Positions 62,590 through 64,000 of a DNA stretch of 64,000 nucleotides are shown piece after piece. This DNA is from Vitrella brassicaformis CCMP3155. Taxonomy: Eukaryota > Protista > Chromerida. Made by a program: the position numbers and the translations under genes. The notes beneath the pieces are model-generated. The model searched no databases and was not told where the DNA came from. It was given only the letters and a program-made list of their open reading frames with translations. Position 1 is the first letter of the stretch. Each line of letters begins with the position of its first letter. The stretch lies in the NCBI GenBank assembly GCA_001179505.1, contig CDMY01000069.1, forward strand, positions 132,908 through 196,907, written 5' to 3'.

Positions 62590-63718
62590 TCATACCTTTC
62601 TGGTGGCAAATGAAGGATTCTTCCATTTCTGTGGCTTCGTGCTGACGACAGTCAGGTTGTGCGACCTGACAAAGTCACTGACGGCTTTCTTGACCGCGCC
62701 GCTGTGCCGTGTCCCATCAGAGCAAAGCGACCAATCTGCATACACACACATATGACGTCATACACGCGCCCAGAGACACAAAGACACAGGCCCCGAGCTC
62801 GTCCGCATCTTTAAGTCGACCTATATACCTGTGTGTGGTTGTATGTCCTTCATCTCGGTGTCAGTGAGGTAGTCGTGGCCTGCCATTATACCGCCGACCC
62901 GCAGCTTGGGCCAATAGAGCGACAGATCCTCTGACACGCCGCAGTAGTCTGCACAGGTGCCGCACAAACAAAACAGAACATGTCGTGCCGACGCACGGAC
63001 AAGTTTCCGTGTTGTTCCTTGTGTGTGCATCGACCATGTCTAGCGTCGATATAGACGAAGTCGACTGAGTTGTCGGGGATCTCCCTGGCGGCATCGGAAG
63101 TCAGCATTCGCATCCAAACCGTCTTGTCCTGCCCATAAACATGTTCAGGCCTCTGCTATGTGTGCGTGCCGTTAGTTTGCCTACCTGCCAGTGTCTCAGC
63201 TTGTCCTTGGCCTCATTCATGTAGGCCTCTTGCGCGTCGGTGGCCACGTTGGCCGTGTCATTGTAGTTGTCCTGTGGAAGCACTCTCACAAATGCATGTT
63301 GTTCTGGCCATCTCTATGGCATTTGGCTACGCGCACCTGGTGTGTCCACAGGTCGACGAGGTAATACTTCCGGCATTTCGGCCATCTGCTCAACACCTCA
63401 GCCGCAAACTCACCTGATACCAGCGCCGGCGTCACGTCCGTACAGTCAGACAACCGTACAGTACCTCTCTGCACGCCAAGCTCGACTCCGACTGTCTTGT
63501 TCTCCCGCTCGAGCACATCACCCAGATCGGCACGCGTGTCCAGCAATGGAAGAGGCGGGAAAGCCGCCTGATGGTCCTGCACCGGCGAGATATACATTCA
63601 GTGGTGCACAAATGGAAAAGACTGGTATTGCCTCCACAGATCTTGCCTGTTTCTTGTTGATCTCGCCCGCCCTACTGCTGCTGACAGCAAACAGCCACAG
63701 CGCCAGCAGAAAAGTCAT
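62590..63718 (-). CDS. Class I SAM-dependent methyltransferase (Methyltransf_24-like) with N-terminal hydrophobic anchor/signal; multi-exon, start uncertain
   Basis: VGVELGVQRG (SAM motif I), YYLVDLW, VDFVYIDARH, DLSLYWPKLRVGGIMAGHDY, GAVKKAVSDF; N-terminus MTFLLALWLFAVSS; TGA at 62590-62592. Confidence 0.85.
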
Positions 63719-64000
63719 GCTGGTGTCACCAGAGTGTTTACCGACAGGACGGAACACCTACCCTATCCCAATTCTGGCAATCCGTGTGCGTCCCGTCTGA
63801 GAGCATCAGCTGTTCAATTTGTGCGAAAAGGCCGGTGAGGACCTTTCCTGTAGTTAGCTCAATAGAGGATCTGCTGGGCGGTAAGTCCTAGAGTAAGAGT
63901 GCTTTTACTTTAATAAGACCGATGGACTGGCCAATCAGTCAAAGTTGTTTCTGTCCATGTATGGCATCATGAAGGGTGGTCAACACAAATCTCACTTCGG

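Noticed and set aside
1-64000. CRISPR array, rRNA or prokaryotic defence island
   Set aside because: No regularly spaced repeat-spacer array or rRNA-like sequence. The DNA is spliceosomal-intron-rich eukaryotic sequence, and its tandem repeats are simple microsatellites.

Overview
Eukaryotic, intron-rich, GC-rich nuclear DNA. The (TG)n/(GACA)n/(GGAT)n intron microsatellites, GGGTT(T/C)A telomere-type repeats and a bipartite plastid-targeting peptide point to a photosynthetic alveolate, most likely the chromerid Vitrella brassicaformis (inference, not database-confirmed). The supplied ORF track mostly shows exon fragments, so I joined exons by eye using GT(GC)-AG sites. Left to right: a 5'-truncated TBC+rhodanese gene (TBC1D23-like); a head-to-head pair of paralogous F-box-like genes; a frameshifted atypical-kinase pseudogene; an ankyrin-repeat/claudin-like tetraspan gene between two diverged ~290-bp direct repeats; a ~22-kb TRRAP/Tra1 gene (minus) with an inverted interstitial telomeric repeat and a 300-N gap in introns; PSTK head-to-head with TRRAP; a Ser/Thr kinase; orphan exons; tRNA-Arg(ACG) next to a ~155-bp repeat that recurs 7 kb away; a plastid-targeted FAS1 protein; a LamG + Cys-repeat + multi-TM (CRMP-like) receptor; and a membrane-anchored class I methyltransferase. 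No rRNA, CRISPR array or autonomous transposon was seen. The strongest novelty candidates are the repeat-flanked ankyrin-claudin fusion, the LamG-CRMP-like receptor, the head-to-head telomeric tract beside a splice donor, and the tRNA-linked structured repeat.
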